Positions 30,620 through 40,910 of a stretch of DNA of 64,000 nucleotides are shown here, one piece after another. The notes under the pieces were generated by a model. The model saw only the letters and a program-made list of their open reading frames with translations. It searched no databases and was not told the DNA's origin. Both the position numbers and the translations under genes were made by a program. The stretch covers positions 896,001 through 960,000 of the forward strand of contig CBDDTI010000747.1 of NCBI GenBank assembly GCA_965233585.1, written 5' to 3'. How positions within the stretch are numbered: the stretch's first letter is position 1; each line of letters opens with the position of its first letter. This DNA comes from a bacterium. Its GTDB lineage: Bacteria; SAR324; NAC60-12.

Positions 30620-30873
30620 GGCAATTATTTAAAATAAGTTTTAAAAAAATAAAAACTTTAGTCATTGTATTTTATTTATTTTGCTAATGCAAATATTTTT
30701 TAATTTTTTATTAAATATATTAATTCGCATCAACAAAAATTAAGTGGCTTTGGATTTAAAATTTCCTAAATAATTATTTTCTTGACAAAAATAACAATCT
30801 AATGCGTGACTTTGAAATTTTTTGTTTGCATTGACAGCCTGAACTGATTCTTGTATCCTTTCTTGATTTTGCG

Positions 30874-32151
30874 ATGTCTTCCTCTGAACTTTTCTCTCTC
30901 CTTCCTGATTTGATTTTCAGCCTTCTTTTTCTTTTAAAAAACGAGCCTATTATCGCTGCTGGTGTCATTTTTGGGATAGCCTTGTTGGTTGGCTTTGTGT
31001 TGATTTGGTTCTTTGGTCAATCCAAGATCAGTCAAGGTTCCAAATCAGATGAAGAGTTGATTGACGAGTTTGAAAAAAAAGCAGAAGAAGAGCGGGAGAA
31101 TCAGCAAAAGGAGCAGAAGAAACGGCTAAAAGCTAAACAACTTGAAGAAAGGAAAAAGATCGCAGAAGAGTTGGCTGCCAAAGAGCAAGCTCTTCAGGAA
31201 AAAAAGACGTCTCACCTTGAGCTTCCTGATGACCAGCCAGCTGAAGAACCTCCTAAAAGTTTAAGGGAAAGTCTTGCAAAAACACGTAGTCAGTTTTTAC
31301 AAGGCTTCACCAATCTGGTGCTAGGAGATAAAAAGATTGATGAAGATGCACTGGATTCATTGGAAGAATCCTTGTTGCAGGCGGACATTGGTGTCCAAAC
31401 AGTCCAACAAATTATTGATAAAGTCACCGAGAAAAGTGAGCGAGGAGAACTGAAGAACCTTGACAAAGTGAAAGAGACCATTCAACAAATTATTTTGTCT
31501 GTTTTTGAGCAACCGATGACTCTGACGACTCCTTGCCAAACGAAACCTCAAGTGATTTTTATCATTGGGGTCAATGGTGTTGGTAAGACAACGACCATCG
31601 GCAAATTGGCTTCATCTTTCATTCAGTCAGGTCAAAAAACATTACTGGGTGCAGGGGATACTTTTCGTGCAGGTGCTATAGACCAACTTAAATTATGGTC
31701 AGAACGTTCAGGTGCAGGATTTGTTGCTAAAGATGCAGGAAGTGACCCGTCCTCTGTCATTTATCAATCTGTACAAACTGCCCTTGCTGAAAATTATGAT
31801 GTTGTCATTTGTGACACTGCGGGACGTTTGCATAACAACTCAAATCTCATGGAAGAGTTAAAAAAGATGGTGCGTGTCGTGCAAAAACTGATTCCAGATG
31901 CACCACATGAAATCTTTTTAGTGATTGATGCCACAACAGGACAAAATGCAGTCACACAAGCCAAACAATTTCACCAAGCAGTCAATTTGACAGGAATGAT
32001 TAGCACGAAGCTAGATGGCACTGCCAAAGGGGGTGTCACTGTGAGTATCGTCAATGAACTCAAAATTCCTGTCCGTTACATTGGCATTGGTGAAGGCATT
32101 AATGACCTGAAAGAATTTGACAAAACCGACTTTGTTCATTCTCTGTTTTAA
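30874..32151 (+). CDS. ftsY: Signal recognition particle receptor with N-terminal TM segment
   Basis: GVNGVGKTTTIGKLA, DTFRAGA, DTAGRLH, TKLDGTAKGG. Confidence 0.96.
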   Translation: MSSSELFSLLPDLIFSLLFLLKNEPIIAAGVIFGIALLVGFVLIWFFGQSKISQGSKSDEELIDEFEKKAEEERENQQKEQKKRLKAKQLEERKKIAEELAAKEQALQEKKTSHLELPDDQPAEEPPKSLRESLAKTRSQFLQGFTNLVLGDKKIDEDALDSLEESLLQADIGVQTVQQIIDKVTEKSERGELKNLDKVKETIQQIILSVFEQPMTLTTPCQTKPQVIFIIGVNGVGKTTTIGKLASSFIQSGQKTLLGAGDTFRAGAIDQLKLWSERSGAGFVAKDAGSDPSSVIYQSVQTALAENYDVVICDTAGRLHNNSNLMEELKKMVRVVQKLIPDAPHEIFLVIDATTGQNAVTQAKQFHQAVNLTGMISTKLDGTAKGGVTVSIVNELKIPVRYIGIGEGINDLKEFDKTDFVHSLF

Positions 32152-32289
32152 TCTCGCACTCTCCAACTACTTTATCTCTTCCATGACTTAAACCGCAGTG
32201 TGTTCCTTCACATGACCAATCTATTCTAATGACAAAAACCGCAGTTCTTTTTTGAAAAAATTTTGTAAGTCTTTTTCAAAAAACTAAAT

Positions 32290-33138
32290 ATGAAATTACA
32301 CCGAATAGAACTTCTTTTGTTTCAAACTTTCAAAACATTCGCCTTACATGCACCGGGAAAAATCTTGTCTCTGACTCAGTCTTTCGTTTATTTTTTAACT
32401 TTTCATGTGTTTCGTGTCTCCAGAAAAACTGTTGAATCTAACTTACAAATTGCATTGCCACACAAGACAGAAGCACAAAGGTCTTGGATTGCCAGACAAA
32501 ATTACAGATGGATTTGCAAGGTTCTGTTTGAGACTTTGCGTTTGGAAAAACAAAATTTGGCACAAAATGTCAGACTTGAAAATTTGGAAGTATTAGATGA
32601 GGCACTTGCCAAAAACAAGGGGGTGCTTTTGTTAGGGGCGCATTTTGGGCATTGGGAAGTCATGGCACAGACATTGGCAAGTTTGGGTTATGTCATACAT
32701 GGTTATGCAGGGCAGCAGTCCAATTTGTTGGTAGATCAAGAAATTAACCAAATACGTTCTTCGTTTGGTACAAAAATCATCAGTAAAGGTAGAGATGCCA
32801 CTTACAAAATGATGAAAGCGTTGAAGTCCAAAGAAATTCTAGCCATGCTGGTTGACCAACACGACCATAAATCCAGCACCGTCATCCGATTTTTTGGCAA
32901 GGATGCTTTGTTCAGTCAAGGACCTGCAAGATTTTACCTCAAAACACACGCACCTTTAATTTTTGCTTATGCCCCTATCGTTGATGGTATGCTGACTTTG
33001 AAGTTTCAAGAAATTCCGTTGTCCACTTCTCAAAAGGATATTCTTGTCATTTCTCAAGCGATTTCTGACACTATTGAATCTATTGTCAAACAATATCCTG
33101 AACAATATTTTTGGATGCACAGACGATGGAGGCTATGA
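32290..33138 (+). CDS. Lipid A lauroyl/late acyltransferase (HtrB/LpxL family)
   Basis: HFGHWE, LVDQ, PEQYFWMHRRW. Confidence 0.9.
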   Translation: MKLHRIELLLFQTFKTFALHAPGKILSLTQSFVYFLTFHVFRVSRKTVESNLQIALPHKTEAQRSWIARQNYRWICKVLFETLRLEKQNLAQNVRLENLEVLDEALAKNKGVLLLGAHFGHWEVMAQTLASLGYVIHGYAGQQSNLLVDQEINQIRSSFGTKIISKGRDATYKMMKALKSKEILAMLVDQHDHKSSTVIRFFGKDALFSQGPARFYLKTHAPLIFAYAPIVDGMLTLKFQEIPLSTSQKDILVISQAISDTIESIVKQYPEQYFWMHRRWRL

Positions 33139-33276
33139 CTTCATTCAATCCTGATTTTTCAATTTTTTGGCTTGTGATTCAAAACCATTCCAAATATCCT
33201 AATGTCAGAATGTTTTTTGTAATGAAATAATTTTTAAAATTATTTTATGATTCAAACCTTTTTTTGAATCGTTCTG

Positions 33277-34410
33277 TTTTTATTTTCTGTCAGACAGACT
33301 TTTCCGTCTGACATTTTTAACTATTTTTCCAAAAAGGAGTTTTATGATGAAATCTTTGATCAAACAAGCCGTTTCTGTCGTTGCCCGTTTTGTGACATTT
33401 ACAACTGGATTTGCCCAACGTCTTTCAAATTTTTTGAAATGTTCCCTTCTTTTAACCATCTTTCCTTTTGCCCTTAGTGCGGCTCCAAAGTCTGACTTAT
33501 GGGAGCTTTGGACAAAGCATGACCCCCAAAGCACCCAAACGATTAAACATGAACTTTGGGGGGGGTTTTTGCAAAAAAATCTTGAAACTGCTGATGCTTC
33601 TGGAGTCAATCTATTGGCTTATGGCAAGATTCCATCATCACAACGAAAACTCTTGGAGGACTATTTAGAAAAGATGCAGTCTGTTTCAATTTCAACATTC
33701 AACAGAGACGAACAAATGGCATACTGGATTAACCTATACAATGCAAGGACAGTCCAGCTAATTTTGGAACATTACCCAGTGGAATCTATTACCAAAATCA
33801 AATTTGGCTTCTTTGATTTTGGTCCTTGGGACGAAAAACTTTTGAAGGTGGAAGGTGTGGAGCTAAGCCTCAATGATGTAGAACATCGCATTTTGCGTCC
33901 GATTTGGAAGGATGCACGTATTCATTACGTTGTGAATTGTGCCAGCATGGGTTGTCCTAATTTACAAAAAGAAGCCTTTGAGCCTGCCAATCTTGAGGCT
34001 TTGTTAGACAAAGGGGCAAAGGAATATGTGAATCATCAAAGAGGCGCTCAGGTCATAGGACAAAATCTACAACTTTCAGAAATTTATGAATGGTATCAAG
34101 AAGATTTTGGAAAGAATGAAGCAGAAGTGATTCAGCATTTACTAAAATATGCGACCCCCGAAAAAGCTAAGCTGCTCAAAAAACATCAAAAATCTAGCAT
34201 TAGCTATGAATACGATTGGGCATTGAATGAGGTACGATAAACTAAACAAATCTGATACATTTTTTATTTTATTTTCTGCCAGACTTTTTTGTCTGATATT
34301 TTTTGCCATTTTGCCAAAAGGAATCTTGTGATGAAATCTTTGGTCAAACAAGTTGTTCTCGTCGCTGTCAGTTCTGTAACATTCGCGACTGGATTTGCCC
34401 AAAGTCTTTC
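33277..34410 (+). repeat. Diverged ~150-bp direct repeat (33277-33426 and 34267-34410) bracketing the DUF547 gene
   Basis: Both copies comprise a 5' UTR with cagac..gtctga, aaaagga RBS and the first ~27 codons ending actggatttgcccaa.gtctttc. Confidence 0.85.
33344..34240 (+). CDS. DUF547 domain protein
   Basis: AYWINLYNA, LSLNDVEHRILR, DARIHYVVNCASMGCP, LSEIYEWYQEDF, YDWALN. Confidence 0.9.
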   Translation: MMKSLIKQAVSVVARFVTFTTGFAQRLSNFLKCSLLLTIFPFALSAAPKSDLWELWTKHDPQSTQTIKHELWGGFLQKNLETADASGVNLLAYGKIPSSQRKLLEDYLEKMQSVSISTFNRDEQMAYWINLYNARTVQLILEHYPVESITKIKFGFFDFGPWDEKLLKVEGVELSLNDVEHRILRPIWKDARIHYVVNCASMGCPNLQKEAFEPANLEALLDKGAKEYVNHQRGAQVIGQNLQLSEIYEWYQEDFGKNEAEVIQHLLKYATPEKAKLLKKHQKSSISYEYDWALNEVR

Positions 34411-35800
34411 TATTGGATTACGTCTTGAGCCACCCCACCTTGACCCAACAGCTGGTGCAGCAGCTGCGATTGACGATGTCACATATCAAAATATTTTTGA
34501 AGGCTTGACAAAGATTCAAGCCAATGGCGAGGTATCTCCTGCTTTGGCAAAAAGTTGGGACATTTCTGAAGATGGATTAATTTACACCTTCTACTTACAA
34601 CAAGGCGTAACGTTCCATGATGGGACTCCATTCAGTGCTGAAGATGTAGTATTTTCCTTGAATCGTGCAAGGGGTCAAGATTCAGTCAATGCCCAAAAAG
34701 CATTATTCCAAGCAATTGAAAGCGTGGAAGCTCAAGATGAGTTCACTGTTGTCATTTCACTCTCAAAACCTTCAGGCAGTTTGCTTGACAGTTTAGGCTG
34801 GGGTGATGCAGTCATGGTGTCAGAAAGCAGTGCTAAAAAGAACAAAAAGACGCCTATTGGAACAGGAGCTTATCTTCTGGAACGTTGGGTCAGTGGCGAC
34901 AGCATTAAGCTGAAAGCCAACCCAAATTACTGGGGAGAACAGCCTGAAATTCAGCAAGTGACTTTCCGATTCATCTCCGACCCTTTAGCCGCAACAAATG
35001 CCCTGATGTCTGGGGATTTAGATGGATTCCCGCTTTTCCCTGCAACAGAAAATGTTGAGGTATTCAGAGGGGATTCCCGCTTTCAGGTGTTAGAAGGCAC
35101 AACAGAAGGCGAGACCATTCTTGCTATGAACAACAAATCAGATGCTCTTTCAGACCTTCGTGTCAGGCGTGCAATCTCTCATGCCATCAACCGTCAAGAC
35201 ATTATTGATGGTGCCATGTTTGGATTTGGGACGCCTATCAGCACTCATTTTGCTCCGCATCACCCCGCCTACATTGATCTAAGCAGTGTCTATCCATTCA
35301 ATCCAGAAAAAGCCAAGCAACTCTTGAAAAAAGCAGGTTATGATAAATTGAAGCTCCGTTTGGTATTGCCCCCCCCTGCTTATGCAAGGCGTGGCGGTGA
35401 AATCATTGCCTCGCAGCTCAGAGACATTGGCATTGAAACAGAAATCATTCCTGTAGAGTGGGCAAAATGGTTGGCTCAAGCCTTCAAAGCCAAAGACTAT
35501 GACCTCACTATTGTTTCGCATGTTGAGCCAATGGACATTGGCATCTATGCCAGACCTGATTACTACTTCCAATACCAAGATGCTGACTTTCAAAAATTGA
35601 TTGAAGCCTTGAATCAAGAATCCAATGTTGCCAAACGTTATCGCTTGCTGGAACAGGCACAAAGCCAGATTGTGTTAGATGCTGTCAATGTGTATTTGTT
35701 CCAACTGGCAAAGGTAGGCATTTGGAGCAAGAAGGTACAAGGCATGTGGCAAAATTCGCCTCAACCTGCAGTTGTGGTTTCTGAATTGTCTTTGCGTTAA
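34331..35800 (+). CDS. Peptide/nickel ABC transporter substrate-binding protein (DppA-like)
   Basis: LDP, LAKSWDIS.DG..YTF.L..GVTFHDG, GTGAY, VRRAISHAINR; start ATG 34331 after RBS. Confidence 0.92.
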   Translation: MKSLVKQVVLVAVSSVTFATGFAQSLSIGLRLEPPHLDPTAGAAAAIDDVTYQNIFEGLTKIQANGEVSPALAKSWDISEDGLIYTFYLQQGVTFHDGTPFSAEDVVFSLNRARGQDSVNAQKALFQAIESVEAQDEFTVVISLSKPSGSLLDSLGWGDAVMVSESSAKKNKKTPIGTGAYLLERWVSGDSIKLKANPNYWGEQPEIQQVTFRFISDPLAATNALMSGDLDGFPLFPATENVEVFRGDSRFQVLEGTTEGETILAMNNKSDALSDLRVRRAISHAINRQDIIDGAMFGFGTPISTHFAPHHPAYIDLSSVYPFNPEKAKQLLKKAGYDKLKLRLVLPPPAYARRGGEIIASQLRDIGIETEIIPVEWAKWLAQAFKAKDYDLTIVSHVEPMDIGIYARPDYYFQYQDADFQKLIEALNQESNVAKRYRLLEQAQSQIVLDAVNVYLFQLAKVGIWSKKVQGMWQNSPQPAVVVSELSLR

Positions 35801-35834
35801 TCCAACGTTGTTTTGATTCAAAAATGGCAGACCT

Positions 35835-36779
35835 TTGCGACGTTTCTTCCTTTTAAGACTCATTTCTTTCGTTGTGACGATGCTTGTTGCGTCGTTGTTG
35901 ATTTTTACAGTACTGGAAATTTTGCCGGGCGACCCTGCACAGGTGATTTTAGGGGTCAATGCCCAAGAAGATACCCTGCAAGCATTGCGTGAAGAAATGG
36001 GTTTGAATCAGCCTTTGCTGACCCGCTACTTCAGTTGGGTAGGCAATATGATTCAAGGTGACTTCGGCGTAAGCTACACCTATGACAAGCCGATTTCACA
36101 GCTGGTCATGGAGAGGTTACCTGTGACCGTTCCCTTAGCAGTTTTTGCATTGATTGTAGCAGGAGTTCTTGGCATTGTTCTTGGGACGTTTTCTGCATTC
36201 AAGCAAGGCAGTTGGCTGGATTATGGTCTGATGGGAGTCACACAATTTGGGATTGCAGTTCCAAATTTTTGGCTTGGATATTTATTGGTCATTGTCTTTG
36301 CATTACAACTCAAGTGGTTTCCTGCTGGGGGGTTTGTTGGCTGGGAAGAAAGCATTTATCGCTCATTTCAAAGCCTGATTCTACCTACCTTGACAATGGC
36401 TTTACCTCAAGCGGCAGTTCTAGCTCGTCTCACACGTTCAGCCATGCTTGAAGTCTTAGCGCAAGATTACATTCGCACTGCCAAAGCCAAAGGTGCTAAA
36501 GAATGTCGGGCTTTAATCTCTCATGCCTTACCCAATGCTTTGATTCCTGTCTTGACAATTATGGGATTACAATTTGCTTTTTTACTGGCAGGAGTGGTTG
36601 TGATAGAAAATGTTTTTTACCTACCTGGACTTGGTCGCTTACTTTTTCAAGCACTAGCACAGCGGGATTTAATTGTTGTAGAAACCATCATTCTTTTACT
36701 GATTTTCGCTGTGGTTTTCACAAATACTCTTGTTGACCTCATTTATGGCGTTGTTGACCCAAGACTCAAAATTCCTTAA
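35835..36779 (+). CDS. Peptide ABC transporter permease (DppB-like)
   Basis: PGDPA, GDFGVS, DYIRTAKAKG (EAA loop), IENVF..PGLG, DLIYGVVDPR. Confidence 0.93.
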   Translation: MRRFFLLRLISFVVTMLVASLLIFTVLEILPGDPAQVILGVNAQEDTLQALREEMGLNQPLLTRYFSWVGNMIQGDFGVSYTYDKPISQLVMERLPVTVPLAVFALIVAGVLGIVLGTFSAFKQGSWLDYGLMGVTQFGIAVPNFWLGYLLVIVFALQLKWFPAGGFVGWEESIYRSFQSLILPTLTMALPQAAVLARLTRSAMLEVLAQDYIRTAKAKGAKECRALISHALPNALIPVLTIMGLQFAFLLAGVVVIENVFYLPGLGRLLFQALAQRDLIVVETIILLLIFAVVFTNTLVDLIYGVVDPRLKIP

Positions 36780-37052
36780 ATTTTTTTAAAAAACCTTCAA
36801 ACCTGTATCTTTCCTAACCTTCCAGCTTGCTGCTTTTTCCCTCTTTTTTTAAAAATCTTCAAATTTCCTCAAAATTATGAGTCTTGGCTTGTATTTTTTT
36901 TTTGTACTTGCATAGTATAGGCTTTGTTTTTTTGTTCAATTCTTTCCCCTGAAAATTAGATGATGTTTTTTTCAAACCAAGAGTTTTACCATGACGACAT
37001 TCATTGTGTTGAATGTTGTTTTTTTGTCTAACCTCTACATGGAGTCCATCAA

Positions 37053-38672
37053 ATGTTTGCATGTCGTACAATCCAGATTTTCTCAAAAGCACTTGTTGCC
37101 TACACTGATGCTGTGGCATCGTTTCTTAAACCCTCTTCTTTGAAGAAATGCTCAATCCTGTTTGGTCTCAGTGTGCTTGTTGCCTGCACTGACAAACGTA
37201 GTCCATCAGATGACAATACTGCCTCTGTCTTACCGAAGCCACCAAAGCCACCAACTGGCTTGTCAGTGTCAGCCAGAACAGTCACCTTTGCCACCACTTC
37301 AGGCAAGAGTTATCAATGCACCAAAGATGGTGGCACAACTCCAACTGATTGCAGTAGCCCTTTTAGTTTTGGAGATGATGCGATTGCCAAAGACAAGCTC
37401 TGTGTTCGTGTCAAAGCATCAGGCAATACGCCTGCTTCTGAATGGGCTTGCTACAACCAAGCCATTGCTGAATACTTGTCTGAACAATGGTCTCGTGTGT
37501 TTGGCTCTGGCAATAATGATTTGGGATTTGGAGTGAGTGTGGATTCTAAAGGAGCAGTTTATGTGACAGGATACCTTTCTGGAAATTTTGATGGAAAGAC
37601 CAATCAAGGAAGTGCTGACTTGTTTTTAATCAAGCATGATGCCTCAGGCACTAAGGAGTGGTATAAGTTGCTTGGCACTAGCAATTTTGATTTGGGATTT
37701 GGAGTGAGTGTGGATTCATTAGACAATGTCTACGTGACAGGAATGCTTGCAGGAAATTTTGATGGAAAGACCAATCAAGGAGGTAGGGACATGTTTTTAA
37801 TCAAGCATGATGCTTCAGGCACTAAGGAGTGGTCTAAGTTGCTTGGCACTACCAGTGAAGATGAAGGATTAGGAGTGAGTGTAGATTCAGCAAGCAATGT
37901 TTACGTGACAGGATACTCTTCAGGAAATTTTGATGGAAAGACCAATTCAGGAGGTAAGGACATGTTTTTAATCAAGTATGATACTTCAGGTGCCAAGCAG
38001 TGGTCTAAGTTGTTTGGCACTAGCAGTGATGATTTGGGATATGGAGTGAGTGTGGATTCAGCAGGCAATGTTTACGTGACTGGATACTCTGCAGGAGCTT
38101 TTGATGGAAAGACCAATTCAGGAGATAAAGACATGTTTTTAATCAAGTATAACACTTCAGGTGCCAAGCAGTGGTCTAAGTTGTTTGGCACTAGCAGTGA
38201 TGATTTGGGATATGGAGTGAGTGTGGATTCAGCAGGCAATGCTTACGTGACAGGATACTCTTCAGGAAATTTTGATGGAAAGACCAATTCAGGAAACAAT
38301 GACATGTTTTTAATCAAGTATGACAGTTCAGGTATCAAGCAGTGGTCTAAATTGCTTGGCACTAGCAGTGATGATAGAGGATTTGGAGTGAGTGTGGATT
38401 CAGCAGGCAATGTTTACGTGACTGGATATTCTGCAGGAGATTTCGCTGGAAAGACCAATTCAGGATTTCAGGACATGTTTTTAATCAAGTATGACAGTTC
38501 AGGTGCCAAGCAGTGGTCTAAGTTGCTTGGCACTAACAATAATGATAGAGGATTTGGAGTGAGTGTGGATTCAGCAGGCAATGTTTACGTGACAGGATAC
38601 TCTCAAGGAGATTTTGCTGGAAAGACCAATTCAGGAGGCAATGACATGCTTTTAATCAAGTTTGGGAGGTAG
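37053..38672 (+). CDS. SBBP (seven-bladed beta-propeller) repeat lipoprotein
   Basis: LVAC lipobox; seven repeats of GVSVDSAGNVYVTGYS.G.FDGKTNSG..DMFLIKYD. Confidence 0.9.
   Translation: MFACRTIQIFSKALVAYTDAVASFLKPSSLKKCSILFGLSVLVACTDKRSPSDDNTASVLPKPPKPPTGLSVSARTVTFATTSGKSYQCTKDGGTTPTDCSSPFSFGDDAIAKDKLCVRVKASGNTPASEWACYNQAIAEYLSEQWSRVFGSGNNDLGFGVSVDSKGAVYVTGYLSGNFDGKTNQGSADLFLIKHDASGTKEWYKLLGTSNFDLGFGVSVDSLDNVYVTGMLAGNFDGKTNQGGRDMFLIKHDASGTKEWSKLLGTTSEDEGLGVSVDSASNVYVTGYSSGNFDGKTNSGGKDMFLIKYDTSGAKQWSKLFGTSSDDLGYGVSVDSAGNVYVTGYSAGAFDGKTNSGDKDMFLIKYNTSGAKQWSKLFGTSSDDLGYGVSVDSAGNAYVTGYSSGNFDGKTNSGNNDMFLIKYDSSGIKQWSKLLGTSSDDRGFGVSVDSAGNVYVTGYSAGDFAGKTNSGFQDMFLIKYDSSGAKQWSKLLGTNNNDRGFGVSVDSAGNVYVTGYSQGDFAGKTNSGGNDMLLIKFGR
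37490..38660 (+). repeat. Seven 171-bp coding tandem repeats
   Basis: gagtgagtg anchor at 37531, 37702, 37873, 38044, 38215, 38386, 38557. Confidence 0.92.
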
Positions 38673-38676
38673 TTTT

Positions 38677-39030
38677 GTAGGGACAGACCAGCGTGCCTGT
38701 CTTCTTATACAGAACTTTGAACTTAGTCATTCGGAGCGAAAGCAGGAATCTCTCTTTTTTCTTCATTGCTCACCTTGAAAGCTGTCATTGCGGGCTTGAC
38801 CCGCAATCTCTCTTCTTTCGTCATTCGGAGCGAAAGCAGGAATCTATCTTTTTTCTTCATTGCTCACCTTGAACTTAGTCATTGGGGGCCTGACCCGCAA
38901 TCTCTCTTCTTTCGTCATTCGGAGCGAAAGCAGGAATCCAGTCATGTAGGAATCTGTGCTTGGTTTAAGATAGATTCCGCATCAAGTGCGGAATGACGGA
39001 GGACGTTTGAGATTCCGTGTCAAGTGCGTC
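38677..39030. repeat. REP/dRS3-like palindrome cluster
   Basis: GTAG REP variant at 38677; gtcattcggagcgaaagcaggaatc x3; gtcattgcgggcttgacccgcaatctc; gattccgcatcaagtgcggaatgac. Confidence 0.85.
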
Positions 39031-39080
39031 ATCTTATTTTTGTTAAGAATTTTAGATTTCTATAAAATTGGACAATTTTT

Positions 39081-39764
39081 CTAAAAGGCATAATAGAGTC
39101 CAACGAGTTGTGCAGTACCTCCTAGCTCAATAAATTTGCCGAATGTTCGTACTTTCATACGGGCTCTGATGGCTTGCCATGCGAACATCAAGCCCCCGCC
39201 TCCCATTGGAACGCGGAAGCCAAATTCATAGAATAAGACATCAGAAGTAGAGGCACTGTACGAAGTCGTCACTTTTTCACCTGCTTGTTCCCCTTCCTTT
39301 TGCAAAATGTTCTGGGAAAAGTTCATGCCATAAGCCCCTGACCCGATTGTAAAAGAGGGTTGTATCCAGCCCCAATCGTAGTACATGGCAAAACCATAGA
39401 GAAACGACTTGACCTGAAATCTTGCATAGGACGTATCAGCAAAATCGTACTCTTTTTTGTAATTTCCTACTTGGATTCTAAAGCCACTGCCAACATTGTC
39501 AGACCATTTTAAAAATTCAAAAATCCCTTCCATGACTTGTACTTTTTCTTCTCGGTCTTCGGTTTCACCATGACGACTTTCCATCTCTAATAAAAAGCCC
39601 TCTTCCTTGCGTTGACCGGGCATTGGGGCTTCAAGGTCTTGTGTCCCCCCACGAATCCCAAGCAAATAGAAAATCTCATTCTCTTGTGCCAAAAGGTTCG
39701 TCGTTCTAACCAAAAAGAGGAATAAGAAGAGAAGAAGTGTTTTATTCATTTTAAAGACCATCAA
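39081..39764 (-). CDS. Putative outer-membrane beta-barrel protein
   Basis: Signal peptide, alternating beta pattern, terminal Phe (GLYYAF). Confidence 0.65.
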   Translation of the reverse strand: MMVFKMNKTLLLFLFLFLVRTTNLLAQENEIFYLLGIRGGTQDLEAPMPGQRKEEGFLLEMESRHGETEDREEKVQVMEGIFEFLKWSDNVGSGFRIQVGNYKKEYDFADTSYARFQVKSFLYGFAMYYDWGWIQPSFTIGSGAYGMNFSQNILQKEGEQAGEKVTTSYSASTSDVLFYEFGFRVPMGGGGLMFAWQAIRARMKVRTFGKFIELGGTAQLVGLYYAF

Positions 39765-40900
39765 AAGACCATTCCTAATTCAAAGAGTAATGAGGCGTCA
39801 GTTTGGTTGCTAAATTGGCTGAAGTCTTCTACAAAGCCTATGTCCCAAGTCCAGCCACTTCTGCTGTGATATTTGTATCCCAGTACTAGGACTTCCACTT
39901 CTCTTGAAAGAGAGACGTTGCCTCTGTCATTCACTCCTGAAATTTCGTCAACTTCAGGGTAAACGCTTCCTATACTCATAAACTGGAAAATAGTTGAGGA
40001 TTCTTCGCTGTGTCTTAACTCAAAAGTGACGTAACGATGGTCTAGTTCTGAGACAAAGCCGTCATTTTCTCCAAGACGTGATTTAGACCAGCCTAGATGA
40101 ATGATCCAGTATTCAAACCCTTTAGAAAACAAGGCAGTCATTCCCCAGTCTGTCTTGCCATTGCTAAGTATCTCGTTGGCTTCTTCTTCTTCAGGGGTGT
40201 CGCTACTGCGTGAAAGTGGAAATTTGACGGAGGTTTTCAATGCGATTGCTGGAATGACCTCATTGCCTTCTGTCAAAGTCCATTTGAAGTCAAGAACAGG
40301 GTCAGTAGGGGCAGTATAGATTTCTTTTTCTGATGCAATCAAAAAGCGGTCTTCTAAGGCAACAAAGAAGTGATATTGATTGCGTTGAGTATTGGCACGA
40401 TAAGCTCCAAATTCGGTAGCGTTGTCAATACCGACTAATCGGTGAACTTCTTCAATGGCATGGTCAAAAATCCCTCCAATCAAAGAAACAAAGGCAATGT
40501 TCAATCCAAATTCTAGGTTTTCAGATAGCCCATATTTCCACGAAAGACGATGGTAATGACTTTCAACGTCAATGTAGTTGTGAAAGCCGGGTATAGGCTT
40601 GCCTGTGTTGGGGTCATTAAAGTCTGAAGGTTCTAGCCCTGCCTCAAGTGTGTTATCATCTATGGCTTTGGTCGCTCCTTGACTATTTAAAAAAGTATTG
40701 GTGACAACAAAATGATAGGAAAGAGAGGCAACACCATCTCCAATCGGTTTGGTATTACTGGGCGTCATAGACAAAAAACGAAAAGTAATAGGGAATTGGT
40801 CTCGGACTTCAATAGGACCCAGTCCATAATTAGATGTCGCCAGAGCTTGCCAGCAGAATAACAATGCCAAAAGACTGAAAACATATTTTTTAGAAAACAA
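39761..40900 (-). CDS. Putative outer-membrane protein (DUF3187-like)
   Basis: Signal peptide; GP...R.Q.P....FL...P start, GGIFDHAIE..H, GFVED, terminal Phe. Confidence 0.65.
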   Translation of the reverse strand: MFSKKYVFSLLALLFCWQALATSNYGLGPIEVRDQFPITFRFLSMTPSNTKPIGDGVASLSYHFVVTNTFLNSQGATKAIDDNTLEAGLEPSDFNDPNTGKPIPGFHNYIDVESHYHRLSWKYGLSENLEFGLNIAFVSLIGGIFDHAIEEVHRLVGIDNATEFGAYRANTQRNQYHFFVALEDRFLIASEKEIYTAPTDPVLDFKWTLTEGNEVIPAIALKTSVKFPLSRSSDTPEEEEANEILSNGKTDWGMTALFSKGFEYWIIHLGWSKSRLGENDGFVSELDHRYVTFELRHSEESSTIFQFMSIGSVYPEVDEISGVNDRGNVSLSREVEVLVLGYKYHSRSGWTWDIGFVEDFSQFSNQTDASLLFELGMVF

Positions 40901-40910
40901 TTTTGACTTT

